This document shows, piece after piece, positions 39,968-49,563 of a stretch of 64,000 nt of DNA (position 1 is the stretch's first letter; the number at the start of each line of letters is the position of its first letter). The notes under the pieces are model-generated. The model made no database searches. It was not told where the DNA came from and was given only the letters and a program-made list of their open reading frames with translations. Position numbers and translations under genes: made by a program. The DNA is taken from contig JBGSUI010000249.1 of assembly GCA_041736175.1 (NCBI GenBank), positions 1 to 64,000 on the forward strand. Direction: 5' to 3'. This DNA is from Oligoflexales bacterium. Lineage in GTDB: Bacteria; Bdellovibrionota_B; Oligoflexia; Oligoflexales; CAIYRB01.

Positions 39968-41308
39968 ATGAGAAGCATGTTTGACCCGTTTAGGCCAGCA
40001 TTGTTTAAGGCAGCCTCTTTGTTGTCCACGTCATGTTGTATGATTGTGGTCCCGCTGTCACTGACCACTATGGTGGGGTGCCAATCCCAGGTCTCCGACT
40101 CCTCAAGCTCAGATGTCTCCCCCCGGCCCTCAACAAATCCTTCAGACCTCAAATCTCCCCTAGCCTTTACAAACCCCTCGTCCCTCCAACAACACAAAAT
40201 CATCACTATTGCCAGCTATAACGTCGAAAACCTCTTCGATCAGCATGATGATGACCGGAATGAGAGCTACGGAGACTATCGCATCTCTCCAAATACCATT
40301 GGCCAAGCAAGCAATTACGGAGAACCCGCTCCCTTCGATCGTAGCGAGCTTACCTTTACCGAGATCAAGATCCAGGGAATCCGCAAAACACTCTTGGGCA
40401 TCGACAGTAATGGCCCTGATATCATCGGGCTTGTAGAGATTGAGTCCCGCTATGCCCTGGACGAACTCTTTGAGTCAGTCAAGGACCTAGGATATGTCTC
40501 CGCCCAGTTTACCAACTGGAAACCTGGCATGAAGCCATCGGCTGTGGGACTTGGTCTTTTGTCCAAGTATCCCGTGATTTCCTGGGATCTGGTGATGCCT
40601 GTAAAAAGCTCCTTTGAAGACACTCGAAATTTGGTCGAAACTGAGACGATTACGGAATCCTTATCCTTTAAAAAAGTAGAAGCCGGCCAAAGACCGATCC
40701 TTAAAGTTGAAGTTTCTGTCGATGGGCATCCTCTCGTCGTTTATGTCAACCACTGGAAGTCAAAGTCGGCTCCCGAATCTCACCGGGCCGCCTATGCCCA
40801 AGGTTTAAGCCAAGACATTTCAAAAATGCAAAAAGATCGCCCAAATCTCGAATACATCATTTTGGGTGACCTCAACAGTGCTTATAACGAAGCCGAAGTC
40901 CTAGAGTCCAATCACAACGACACCGACGGTCGCACCGGGATTAACGACATCCTTAAGGCCGGATCTGATAAGCAAGGACTGTCCCAAGATCCAGCTTTAA
41001 AATACAATTTGGCTTTTGAAGTCGACGAGGATCAACGCCCCTCTGCTTGGTATCCAAAGTTTGGTTGGAGCAGTCTAGACCATATCATCATCGGTGGTGG
41101 CCTTTATAATGGTGAGGGTATTGATTATGTGGATGGTAGCTTTCAGATAGCCCGTTCTGAAGATCACCAATTGAGCTTCCTTTTTTCAAATAAAGGGTTT
41201 CCCAAACGTTGGTATAGCACCCATAGGGGCAAAAAATTCACGGCCCATGCCCCTGGGGGTTATTCAGACCACCTTCCCCTCTGGGCTCGCTTTAGGGTCC
41301 ATCTCTAA
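39968..41308 (+). CDS. EEP-family endonuclease/phosphatase lipoprotein with intact active site
   Basis: Lipobox MVGC; SYNVENLFD, GLVEIE, NHWKS, GDLN, LDHII, YSDHLP. Confidence 0.88.
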   Translation: MRSMFDPFRPALFKAASLLSTSCCMIVVPLSLTTMVGCQSQVSDSSSSDVSPRPSTNPSDLKSPLAFTNPSSLQQHKIITIASYNVENLFDQHDDDRNESYGDYRISPNTIGQASNYGEPAPFDRSELTFTEIKIQGIRKTLLGIDSNGPDIIGLVEIESRYALDELFESVKDLGYVSAQFTNWKPGMKPSAVGLGLLSKYPVISWDLVMPVKSSFEDTRNLVETETITESLSFKKVEAGQRPILKVEVSVDGHPLVVYVNHWKSKSAPESHRAAYAQGLSQDISKMQKDRPNLEYIILGDLNSAYNEAEVLESNHNDTDGRTGINDILKAGSDKQGLSQDPALKYNLAFEVDEDQRPSAWYPKFGWSSLDHIIIGGGLYNGEGIDYVDGSFQIARSEDHQLSFLFSNKGFPKRWYSTHRGKKFTAHAPGGYSDHLPLWARFRVHL

Positions 41309-41322
41309 AGAAGTCATCAAAA

Positions 41323-41355
41323 TTTGGTCTGGGGCCTAAAGCGCTACAGACCAAA
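41323..41355. terminator. Hairpin, probable terminator
   Basis: TTTGGTCTG/CAGACCAAA inverted repeat just after the stop at 41308. Confidence 0.5.
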
Positions 41356-41455
41356 ATCTCTTAAGAATCCCAAAGAATTTCATAACATGTTGCAAAATCG
41401 ATCCTTCTAGGTATGGTTTTATTTAACATGTTAAAATTAAAATTTTGGGGGTTCT

Positions 41456-43204
41456 ATGACAAAGCCGCTGCATCAGAGCCTAACCCCTAAAGTATTAAAA
41501 ACTCCACGGCGATCTATTAAATCGAGTCTTTCCATACATGACCGTACTCAGATAGAAGCGGTCTTTGATTACTATCTTTTTAGGGGCCCCCATAAACCCC
41601 AGGACCCCTCGAAACTGACCTACCAGGTAGATGCTTATTTTTTCTTCCCCCAGCAGTTTGGCCTGAATCAAACCACATATCCAAAAGTTGATTTTTTTAA
41701 CGATATCCGCCCGCTGATTAGACTTCGGGAGCCTAAAATGGGTCTAAAGGCCCTCAAAGGACAGAAGCAGGGAATCTATCCGTCACCATTGCAATCCCTT
41801 CAGCATCTGATAGGTAAGGCAAAGGGCAGCGATCTAACCGAGGACCATGTTGCCCAAGGAATCATAGAGGCGAGGATTTTCGCCTGTGTGTTTATTGGCA
41901 CCCTCTTGCGAAATGTTGCCCAATGGCAGAAAAAGCTTAAAAAGCTGGAAGAAGCGGCTAATTCCACTGACCATACCCAAGGTATTAGTTCAATTTTTAT
42001 AAAGCTTTCTAAGTTTACTTCGCGGTTGCAAATCGTCGTCAATGATTTTCATAATCTACGTAAGGCTTGCGCAGGACTGGAGGACCCTAAATTCATTCCT
42101 TTATGCCAAGAACTAAAGCTGGTTGATGAGTACCTTTTCTATAGGTTAAGTGATGCATTGAGTATGATCTATAAATATAGCGATCCTTGGTACCAAGAAT
42201 ATAAAGCTATAGAAATCAGTGATTTTCATAACATGATAGCACAGCTGATGAAGTCCTATGCTCAAATGGCACACAAAGAGGGCTTTATGGTGATCCAAAA
42301 GTCTTCGAGTCCAATCCAAAAAGAACGCTATCTAAATCGTCGGAGTGAGCTGAAAAAACGCTTTTGGGCAGTTTTTTTTCTCAATCTCCGGACAGCACCG
42401 TTTTTTCCTGTACAACAACAGATTGGACCAATGATCGCAGCCGGTCTTGCGGCGATTTGGGCCGCAGTCGCCCAGCTTCTCATTCTTGATAAACTCATCC
42501 AAAGTAAATCCCAAGTCAGTCTCCTTGAAGTTTCAACTATGGTCCTTGTCTTCTCCGCTATGTTTGCCTATGTCGTCAAAGACAGGATCAAAGAGATAGG
42601 TCGTAGTCTCTTTAAAGGACGGATCTTCCGAAAGATTCCTGACCAAAGTGAAACCATTTATTATGGGTACAATTCCAAAAAAGACTCGCCCATCGGAAAG
42701 CTCACCGAGTCTGCGTCCTTTATTCAGCCCGATCGAGTCCCCCAAGCGATTAAACGGATTCGCCACTGGGCCGAATCACACTCACTTGAATTAACGGACC
42801 ATGACGATATCCTTCACTATTCTAAGGAAGTTTCATTAAATGGTGAGATTACAGTTCAAAACCGCTACTCGACCCGAGTGATTCATGACATCATCCGTTT
42901 CAACATCGATGCCTGTTTGCCCAAGTTAGCGGAGCCCATTCGGACTTTGCCTATCATAGACACAGAGTTGGCACCTGACCTACAGGGGGATTCTCCTCTT
43001 TCAATGGATTTTGTAGAGTTTCCCAAGGTCTATACCTTTGACTTGGCACTACGCTACTCCCAGCGCAAAGACGCCAAGTCTCGGGAAATTTATATAAAGT
43101 ATTTTAGATTTACAATACATAAGCTTGGCCTTTTGCGGGTTGAGACCCTTAATCCGACCGTTCCCCATAAAGGTCAAGATTTCACTAAAGTGTCATCTTC
43201 GTAG
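41456..43204 (+). CDS. Hypothetical membrane protein (2 TM)
   Basis: 582-aa ORF with a central TM pair; no function recognised. Confidence 0.75.
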   Translation: MTKPLHQSLTPKVLKTPRRSIKSSLSIHDRTQIEAVFDYYLFRGPHKPQDPSKLTYQVDAYFFFPQQFGLNQTTYPKVDFFNDIRPLIRLREPKMGLKALKGQKQGIYPSPLQSLQHLIGKAKGSDLTEDHVAQGIIEARIFACVFIGTLLRNVAQWQKKLKKLEEAANSTDHTQGISSIFIKLSKFTSRLQIVVNDFHNLRKACAGLEDPKFIPLCQELKLVDEYLFYRLSDALSMIYKYSDPWYQEYKAIEISDFHNMIAQLMKSYAQMAHKEGFMVIQKSSSPIQKERYLNRRSELKKRFWAVFFLNLRTAPFFPVQQQIGPMIAAGLAAIWAAVAQLLILDKLIQSKSQVSLLEVSTMVLVFSAMFAYVVKDRIKEIGRSLFKGRIFRKIPDQSETIYYGYNSKKDSPIGKLTESASFIQPDRVPQAIKRIRHWAESHSLELTDHDDILHYSKEVSLNGEITVQNRYSTRVIHDIIRFNIDACLPKLAEPIRTLPIIDTELAPDLQGDSPLSMDFVEFPKVYTFDLALRYSQRKDAKSREIYIKYFRFTIHKLGLLRVETLNPTVPHKGQDFTKVSSS

Positions 43205-44249
43205 AAGGCGTTGGTGCTTTAGTAGGTGACTTAAACACTTGCGGAGTCATATTACAAAGCTTTCGAATTTTAAGCGGAATTTTGGAAGCGTTGTGAGCAC
43301 CCGGTAATGGGCACATCCTATCACTCGAATCAAGAGGGCCAATTTCAGGCTTTTTGGGTTTCACCTGGGGTGCAAGTGGAAATGGGTTACAACCATGTGA
43401 GGCATTGGGTGACAGAAACTGTGCTGTTTTATAAGCGTCCTTCAAGAAGGGCTCATAGACAGCAACATTGAGGTCATTTAGTTGTAAGGAATCGCTGAGA
43501 ATTCCCAGCAATCGGTAGCCTCCACCTTTAACAGGCATAAACACTCCAGATCCCAAGTCTCCTCCACATAACATTACGGATTCACTCACGTTAACGAGAA
43601 ATTTATCGATAGGAGGTGCCGCCCTAGCCCACTCAGTGGTATACAATTCACGTTTATAACCGTAGTCATTCTTGAGGCAATCAGTAGCACCAAAACCCAC
43701 CAAGAGTACATCTTGGTCGCTGACAAACTTTTTTTCAACTGTATCGTATTTGTTGGGCACATCTTCGATCGAAAGGGGGATCGCGATTTTGGAAACCGGA
43801 ACTTCACGATCGATCACTAAATACCCATGACTTGGGACTTCGTTTAGAGTTTTTTGGGAGATAGTCGCCTGTGACTTTGAGTCATAATAACCGCCGCTTA
43901 AGACCTGGTATTGGGGGGTGAGCTGTTGATCACTATTGGGGCCATCGAGGTGAACTCCGTAGCCTCTTAAATCCTTTAATCGGAGTTCTTGCTTTTCCGT
44001 CACCTCAGAAATACAGCGCGAGGCCGTTAAAACGATTTGCGGTGCCACCATGACCCCTGTGCATACGAGTTTACCGCCTTTTACAATAGCCACAGTTTCT
44101 GGCCGACCAGTGGGTCCGACAGCAAAACCATTGACCAATAGGGCAGACTTAGGCGCGAGATTTTCGCGGCGACAAGCTAGGTTAGACACGGAGATAAAAA
44201 CAAATAAATACATTAAAAAAATTTTTTGAGTTTTTGTTTTCAAGGGCAT
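43185..44249 (-). CDS. Trypsin-fold lipoprotein lacking catalytic His and Ser
   Basis: Lipobox NLAC; CTGVMVAPQIVLTASRC (versus TAAHC); CGGDLGSG (versus GDSGG). Confidence 0.8.
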   Translation of the reverse strand: MPLKTKTQKIFLMYLFVFISVSNLACRRENLAPKSALLVNGFAVGPTGRPETVAIVKGGKLVCTGVMVAPQIVLTASRCISEVTEKQELRLKDLRGYGVHLDGPNSDQQLTPQYQVLSGGYYDSKSQATISQKTLNEVPSHGYLVIDREVPVSKIAIPLSIEDVPNKYDTVEKKFVSDQDVLLVGFGATDCLKNDYGYKRELYTTEWARAAPPIDKFLVNVSESVMLCGGDLGSGVFMPVKGGGYRLLGILSDSLQLNDLNVAVYEPFLKDAYKTAQFLSPNASHGCNPFPLAPQVKPKKPEIGPLDSSDRMCPLPGAHNASKIPLKIRKLCNMTPQVFKSPTKAPTPSTKMTL

Positions 44250-44305
44250 TTGACTTCCTACAGTGAATTGGTTTTAGATCTGAATCAGTACAGCAAGACC
44301 TATCT

Positions 44306-44321
44306 TGCAATTTATGTTCCT
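44306..44321 (-). promoter_or_regulatory. Possible sigma54 (-24/-12) promoter
   Basis: AGGAAC-ATAAA-TTGCA (GG-N10-GC) upstream of the 44249 start. Confidence 0.4.
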
Positions 44322-44330
44322 AAACTAAAA

Positions 44331-45659
44331 TTATTGTGACTTCTGGAGTTCTTGCTTCACGATTTTCCAAAGGTTGGTATAACCGTATCCCGGTTTCATC
44401 TTGAAAATAAGATCACCATTTTTAGTCATAAAGCGTATTGAGCCTATATTCTGCGCAAATTCCCCACAGTATGCCTTGAGCAAGGTAGAACGAACCTTAT
44501 AATCCAAGCTACGAATGCTCAGCTGGTCCCACTCTGGTACCATAAGCATTTTCTCGTCGATTTTGTGTCCAAATCCCCACCCGCTCTCTAAACTAAAAGA
44601 ATCGGAGGCTATAGAAATCCCTTGATGAGCAAGTTTTTCAAGACACTCTTTGTCTTGGGATGTGTTTAAGCTTTTCTCAACCGTATAATCCAGAGAAAAG
44701 CAGGAGCTTATGGTCGTGGAGTGGGTTGGCGCATCGGCCCCGATATCCCAAAGATCGATGATTTTATCTCCGGTCTGGATGCCCCTCCGAAAAGTTGCAA
44801 AACTAGTATCAGTGACTCGAAAAACTGTTTTTCGTCCGCTATTGATCTCGGCATTCATAGGAATTGAAGGCCAAGTTTTGATGAGTTTTAAGTCTGGGGA
44901 ATGCTCCCAGCTCCAGATAGTGAGGTGTTCCTGTATTTGTAGTGTGTTTGATTGGTATTGCACGGTCATCAAAAAACTTTTTGGACCCAATTTTTCAAAC
45001 ATGATGCGATTCATGATTTGGTAGGTATTTGCAATCACAGGGAACTTGTTAGAAACCAGTGTTTTCCCCGATTGTAGATCGATGACGCTAAGTACTTTTT
45101 TGTCGAGATTGAAATGTGCCACTACTTGGGTGCCTATTAAACCCACATAAATTCTATCATTTTTTGCCTTGGATTCCGGTGCTAAAAGGGATATTGGCAG
45201 GATGTCCTCTATGGCCTTTTTCTTGATGGCATGGGACTGCTGCGAAAGTGCATCCAGTCGTGAGATCACCTTTAAAAAGGCAAGATATGACTTAACAAGC
45301 TGTGCATCTGATTGCCCATTAGGTGGTTCTTTTGAGATCTCATCTATAAACCATGATGGCCAAATCCCTTCAGTCCTTTTTTTAATGATTCTCTGCAAAA
45401 TAGGGTTTGATGGAGATAACACTGCGAAGACTTCCTTAAGAGGGAGCCTTGTCATGATTTCAAGTAAGCAGTCTTGGTTTAAGTCCGATGCGGAGCGATT
45501 GATGGGTTCGCACTGCAATTGTTCAGTTTGGTTCATGGCCAATTTATTTTCCTGAGTTCCAGGATTGTCCATCTTCTGGCATGACTGGAAAAAAGATAGA
45601 ATCAAAAAACAGGTTATACATAAAAATGGAGATCTAAATAAATTGTCTTTAAAAAACAT
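44331..45659 (-). CDS. Lipoprotein with F-box-like motif and probable beta-propeller
   Basis: Lipobox FQSC; SDLNQDCLLEIMTRLPLKEVFAVL..ILQRIIK..GIW; WD-like LTIWSW and IIDLWDI. Confidence 0.65.
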   Translation of the reverse strand: MFFKDNLFRSPFLCITCFLILSFFQSCQKMDNPGTQENKLAMNQTEQLQCEPINRSASDLNQDCLLEIMTRLPLKEVFAVLSPSNPILQRIIKKRTEGIWPSWFIDEISKEPPNGQSDAQLVKSYLAFLKVISRLDALSQQSHAIKKKAIEDILPISLLAPESKAKNDRIYVGLIGTQVVAHFNLDKKVLSVIDLQSGKTLVSNKFPVIANTYQIMNRIMFEKLGPKSFLMTVQYQSNTLQIQEHLTIWSWEHSPDLKLIKTWPSIPMNAEINSGRKTVFRVTDTSFATFRRGIQTGDKIIDLWDIGADAPTHSTTISSCFSLDYTVEKSLNTSQDKECLEKLAHQGISIASDSFSLESGWGFGHKIDEKMLMVPEWDQLSIRSLDYKVRSTLLKAYCGEFAQNIGSIRFMTKNGDLIFKMKPGYGYTNLWKIVKQELQKSQ

Positions 45660-45891
45660 TTCGATCCCTCACACTAGAGAATAACTATCTATGACACTCA
45701 GGGTCCTAGCAATCCCTAGACTAGGGTCAATAAGTAAGAAAAACGAGTAGTTGAAGCACAAAACGTTGCAGAATACAGCAAAGCATTAGTCAACTGGCAA
45801 AAATATCGACATCTTTCGATTCACTATCGAAAATTTATGGTCCATTTATTGCAGATTTTACGAGGTGCATTTATGCGGAGGTTTTATTGCC

Positions 45892-47022
45892 ATGATTTTC
45901 TATTTGACTAGAGTCGATTTAATAAAGCTGGCTTTATTTGTTATGTTCTTGCCGTCATGTACGGACAAAAGAGATCATCACTTGTCTCCTTTTGCGCCCT
46001 TGGGCTCCGAGACCTCAGGAGAAGAGTGGCGCCAGATCTTGACCAGCTATGATGGGGGCGGCACGACGGGCCTAAGGCAGGAGCAAAAACGTATTCTGAC
46101 TCACGAGCAGGCGGAACTCTATTTGAAAGCAGCTTACGAACAAGTCAGACTCCATGGAGTTCCCGGCGAGAGCTGGCGGCTGCGTGATGTTCCAGATCAG
46201 GGACGGGTGAACGGTACTGTAACTGATTACCTTCCAAAAACTGCTGATGGGTATGTGGTTCGCATCCGGGCCTACACAGACCGCAGCGTTGCGGGGGGCG
46301 AACACCAACTCTCCAAGACCCTTCAAGAAGCCTCCAATCTGGAGATTAAAATCCCCGTTCCCATGGTAGAGGGGCGCCCCATAAGCGGCGTCTTGCGCAA
46401 ACCCTCTGTGATGTTTTATAACCGCGATCTCGCCTTGATGCTCGATGGTGTCCAAAGTCTTACGAAAAACCGCAGTGAGATCGTTGATCGTACTTTTAAA
46501 CTGAATAAATCAAGGTTCGAACCGAGACTTATCGGAGCTATGATTGACAAGGTCCATGATGTTCTTAAAAGCCACTCGGGAGAGGGCCCCTTGCAGCTTG
46601 CCCTGAGTATCCAATATGAGCGCACGGCCTATGCTGCAACCCTAAAAGATGGTACCAAATCTATTGATGCTCAGATAACCCACGATCGATTTATCAAGTA
46701 TCATAAACCAGCTGCCATTTCTGCATCCATACCCTATGGTGGTCCATACTCCTCTCTCCACAACGGCCTTGCTGTCGCTCAGACCTTTAATGCTGACCAC
46801 GCGATTGTGGAACTAAAAGTACCGGTGGCCTACGCCTTTCTCTACCAGGAAAATAAAGAGAAACTTGGTCGGACCAGCGTTGCCTTAAAGATGATGATGG
46901 ATCAGTACAGCAGCCTTAAAAATGTAATCGACGTACCCTTGGGTTCAGGAAAAAGTACCTTTTTTCGTACCAAGGCCCCATCAAACTGCCCCCCTGCCGC
47001 CGAGTCTATGGCAATTCCGTAG
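45892..47022 (+). CDS. VTC/CYTH (triphosphate tunnel) domain lipoprotein
   Basis: GGAGG RBS; lipobox LPSC; EQK, RIRAY, LEIK, YERTAY, ITHD, VELK motifs. Confidence 0.65.
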   Translation: MIFYLTRVDLIKLALFVMFLPSCTDKRDHHLSPFAPLGSETSGEEWRQILTSYDGGGTTGLRQEQKRILTHEQAELYLKAAYEQVRLHGVPGESWRLRDVPDQGRVNGTVTDYLPKTADGYVVRIRAYTDRSVAGGEHQLSKTLQEASNLEIKIPVPMVEGRPISGVLRKPSVMFYNRDLALMLDGVQSLTKNRSEIVDRTFKLNKSRFEPRLIGAMIDKVHDVLKSHSGEGPLQLALSIQYERTAYAATLKDGTKSIDAQITHDRFIKYHKPAAISASIPYGGPYSSLHNGLAVAQTFNADHAIVELKVPVAYAFLYQENKEKLGRTSVALKMMMDQYSSLKNVIDVPLGSGKSTFFRTKAPSNCPPAAESMAIP

Positions 47023-48342
47023 GTTTTTGCCGCTAGCAAGATACAGGGGGAGATTTATAAAAGTTCCTTTGGTTCCTCTAATAATCTGGAATGGTGCGGC
47101 TGAGACAAGGACCCCTACACAAGAAACGCCGCTATCAGCGATCGTATCTAGATAGCTTTTGAGGCCGCTCCAGTGTTTTTGAGAAACCTTTTGGGTCGCC
47201 TTGCATTCAATAGCGACGATATGATCGTCTTGTCTCCAAATGAAGTCGACTTCAGGACTTTCGTTACCGCCTTTTTTCCACCCACTTAAGTCTCCTAACC
47301 GTGATTGGTCGGCGAGGATTTGGAGGAGGAGAGTATTTTCGAAGAGTCCCCCAAGCTGGGTTCTCAGGGCAGGATTTTGAGTCGAAACCAATGAAAGCTG
47401 TGGGAATGGCATATCCCGCAAATCTTGAGCCATACCAATGTCGTAAAGATAGCGTTTAGGCAAATGCTGAGTTGTTGATGTGGAGCTTTTTTGTTCTATT
47501 TCGTATAGGAGATGCCACGAATTGAGAGCCGTAAGGGTTTTTTCTGCTAAAATCTTTGAGTCGCTTACGTGGGAAAATTTAGATGGCATTCCCACGTAGT
47601 TGGCCACTCCCCGCAATCCTTTTGCAAAGTGAGTACGATCGGTTATTTGGCTCTTTCGGACAAAGTCATCCTCCTGACTATCAAAGATTGCTCGTCTCTG
47701 AGCCCGATAATCCATTCCAGTCCAAAAACTTTTGACCACGGCTGGGAGTCCGCCGACTTTCATATAAGCATCGAGAGTCTTAAGAAATAAGTCGTGAAAC
47801 GAATCCTCGATCAATCCCTCTTGAGGATGTGATCCAAACTTGTGAAACAATTCCTTTAGGTGAGCGTAGTCTGGCCCCTCCAAAAATTCCTCAAAGGTCA
47901 GTGGTGTCACGAGCCAAGGTCTTATTCTTCCGACTGGCACACGGGTATCATCGCGAAAAATACGGCTCATGCTTGAACCAGAGAGAATGACCTTGATATG
48001 ACGCCAGTCTTCCTTCATAAAACGAACATATCGCCCTAAATGTTCTGATTCCTGGGCTTCGTCTATAAACAAGATATGACCAGGGGAGTCGAAATCTAAG
48101 TTTCTTAATGAGACTTTTAAAAAGCGCGTAAATTCTTCAAAAGAATTGGTGCGATCGATGCCTCTGAGTGCATCAAGGTCCCGTTCTAGGTTTATCGAGA
48201 AGACATGGGAGCCAGTCCCGATCACCTGTTCGACAAGGGTCGTTTTTCCGACCTGGCGGGCCCCTTGAACCAAAACGACATCTCTTCCCTCTCGGAGGAG
48301 TGAAGCAAGTTTTTCCTTACTTATCCGGTTGATAATACTCAT
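46981..48342 (-). CDS. AAA_14 ATPase with DUF4143 / PD-(D/E)XK-like C-terminus
   Basis: GARQVGKT, FIDEAQ, SGSS, GGLP, KRYLYDIG, EVDFI..AIECK. Confidence 0.9.
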   Translation of the reverse strand: MSIINRISKEKLASLLREGRDVVLVQGARQVGKTTLVEQVIGTGSHVFSINLERDLDALRGIDRTNSFEEFTRFLKVSLRNLDFDSPGHILFIDEAQESEHLGRYVRFMKEDWRHIKVILSGSSMSRIFRDDTRVPVGRIRPWLVTPLTFEEFLEGPDYAHLKELFHKFGSHPQEGLIEDSFHDLFLKTLDAYMKVGGLPAVVKSFWTGMDYRAQRRAIFDSQEDDFVRKSQITDRTHFAKGLRGVANYVGMPSKFSHVSDSKILAEKTLTALNSWHLLYEIEQKSSTSTTQHLPKRYLYDIGMAQDLRDMPFPQLSLVSTQNPALRTQLGGLFENTLLLQILADQSRLGDLSGWKKGGNESPEVDFIWRQDDHIVAIECKATQKVSQKHWSGLKSYLDTIADSGVSCVGVLVSAAPFQIIRGTKGTFINLPLYLASGKNLRNCHRLGGRGAV

Positions 48343-48414
48343 AAATATAGATAATGGTCATTTTCTGAAGAGTTTGCGTCCAAAAACAGTCATTATGTAT
48401 TAAATATAATATTT

Positions 48415-49506
48415 TCATGGGGTTGTCAACTGTGATTCGGGCCTAGCTCCATAAGCGTCAAGATGAGTCTGGCCCTTAAGGGTCAACGTCCGTCCCCGAG
48501 GTCCCCGAGACAGGTAACCCATGTGAACCAGATAAGGTTCATAAACTTCTTCCAATGTAGAGCGGTCTTCGTTCAAGGCGGCAGCGATGGCCTCGATTCC
48601 GACCGGGCCCCCATGGTATTGGTAACGAATGGCATTTAGGATTTGACGGTCCGTGCGGTCTAGTCCTTCCCCATCAATCCCCTGACGGAGTAAGACATCG
48701 TGGGCAAGGACATCGCTGACTTCCCCACAGCCTAGACCGATGGCAAAGTCCCAAACTCTTTTTAGCAATCGATTGGCAATCCGCGGAGTCCCACGAGATC
48801 TTTGGGCTACACTTTTGAGACCTTGGTCGGATATTTTGATGTTTAGGGTCCTAGCGTTGGTCCTTAGGATTTCCATTAGAGAGCCATGATCGTAGTAGTC
48901 AAGGCGCTCGGGAATTCCAAAACGGTCGAGAAGCGGTTTGCTAAGCAGAGCCAGTCGTGTAGTAGCCCCAACCAAAGTAAAGGGAGCTATGGGCATCCGC
49001 ATGGCTCTCGCAGCAGGGCCTTGGCCTAAGATGATATCTAGCTGAAACTCGTCCATTGCCGAATAAAGCATCTCTTCTATTTTTATCGAGAGCCGATGGA
49101 TCTCGTCTATAAACAAAACATCTCCTGGCGCCAGATGGGTTAGGATCCCAGCAAGATCTCCTGGGCGGTCCAAGGCAGGGCCGCGGGTTTCGTGGAGATT
49201 GACCTTAAGTTCGTGGGCGATAATGCGGGCAAGGGTGGTTTTACCGAGTCCTGGAGGGCCATGCAGGATAACGTGGTCTAGCTGTGACTTTCGCATCTGC
49301 GCAGAGGTTACATAGATTTTAAGATTTTCTTTAACCTGATTTTGACCCAAATAGGACTCAAAACTATGGGGTCGCAGTCCTACTTTTGGGTCTTCGAGAT
49401 AGCTATCCTCCTCTTGTGATGCTGCGGCGATCACCCTTTCGATAATCACAGAATGTTCGTCGAGGTTTATGGGAGTCGAAAGACTTTTAGGAGAGGATTT
49501 GTCCAT
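48415..49506 (-). CDS. ruvB: Holliday junction branch migration helicase
   Basis: LRP..YLGQ, GPPGLGKTT, FIDEIHR, SRGTPRIANRLL, YEPYL. Confidence 0.97.
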   Translation of the reverse strand: MDKSSPKSLSTPINLDEHSVIIERVIAAASQEEDSYLEDPKVGLRPHSFESYLGQNQVKENLKIYVTSAQMRKSQLDHVILHGPPGLGKTTLARIIAHELKVNLHETRGPALDRPGDLAGILTHLAPGDVLFIDEIHRLSIKIEEMLYSAMDEFQLDIILGQGPAARAMRMPIAPFTLVGATTRLALLSKPLLDRFGIPERLDYYDHGSLMEILRTNARTLNIKISDQGLKSVAQRSRGTPRIANRLLKRVWDFAIGLGCGEVSDVLAHDVLLRQGIDGEGLDRTDRQILNAIRYQYHGGPVGIEAIAAALNEDRSTLEEVYEPYLVHMGYLSRGPRGRTLTLKGQTHLDAYGARPESQLTTP

Positions 49507-49563
49507 TGGTAGTTAGGGGATCCTGTCTGGATAAGGTTGCTCTAAACATAAGGAGTCAGTTTG

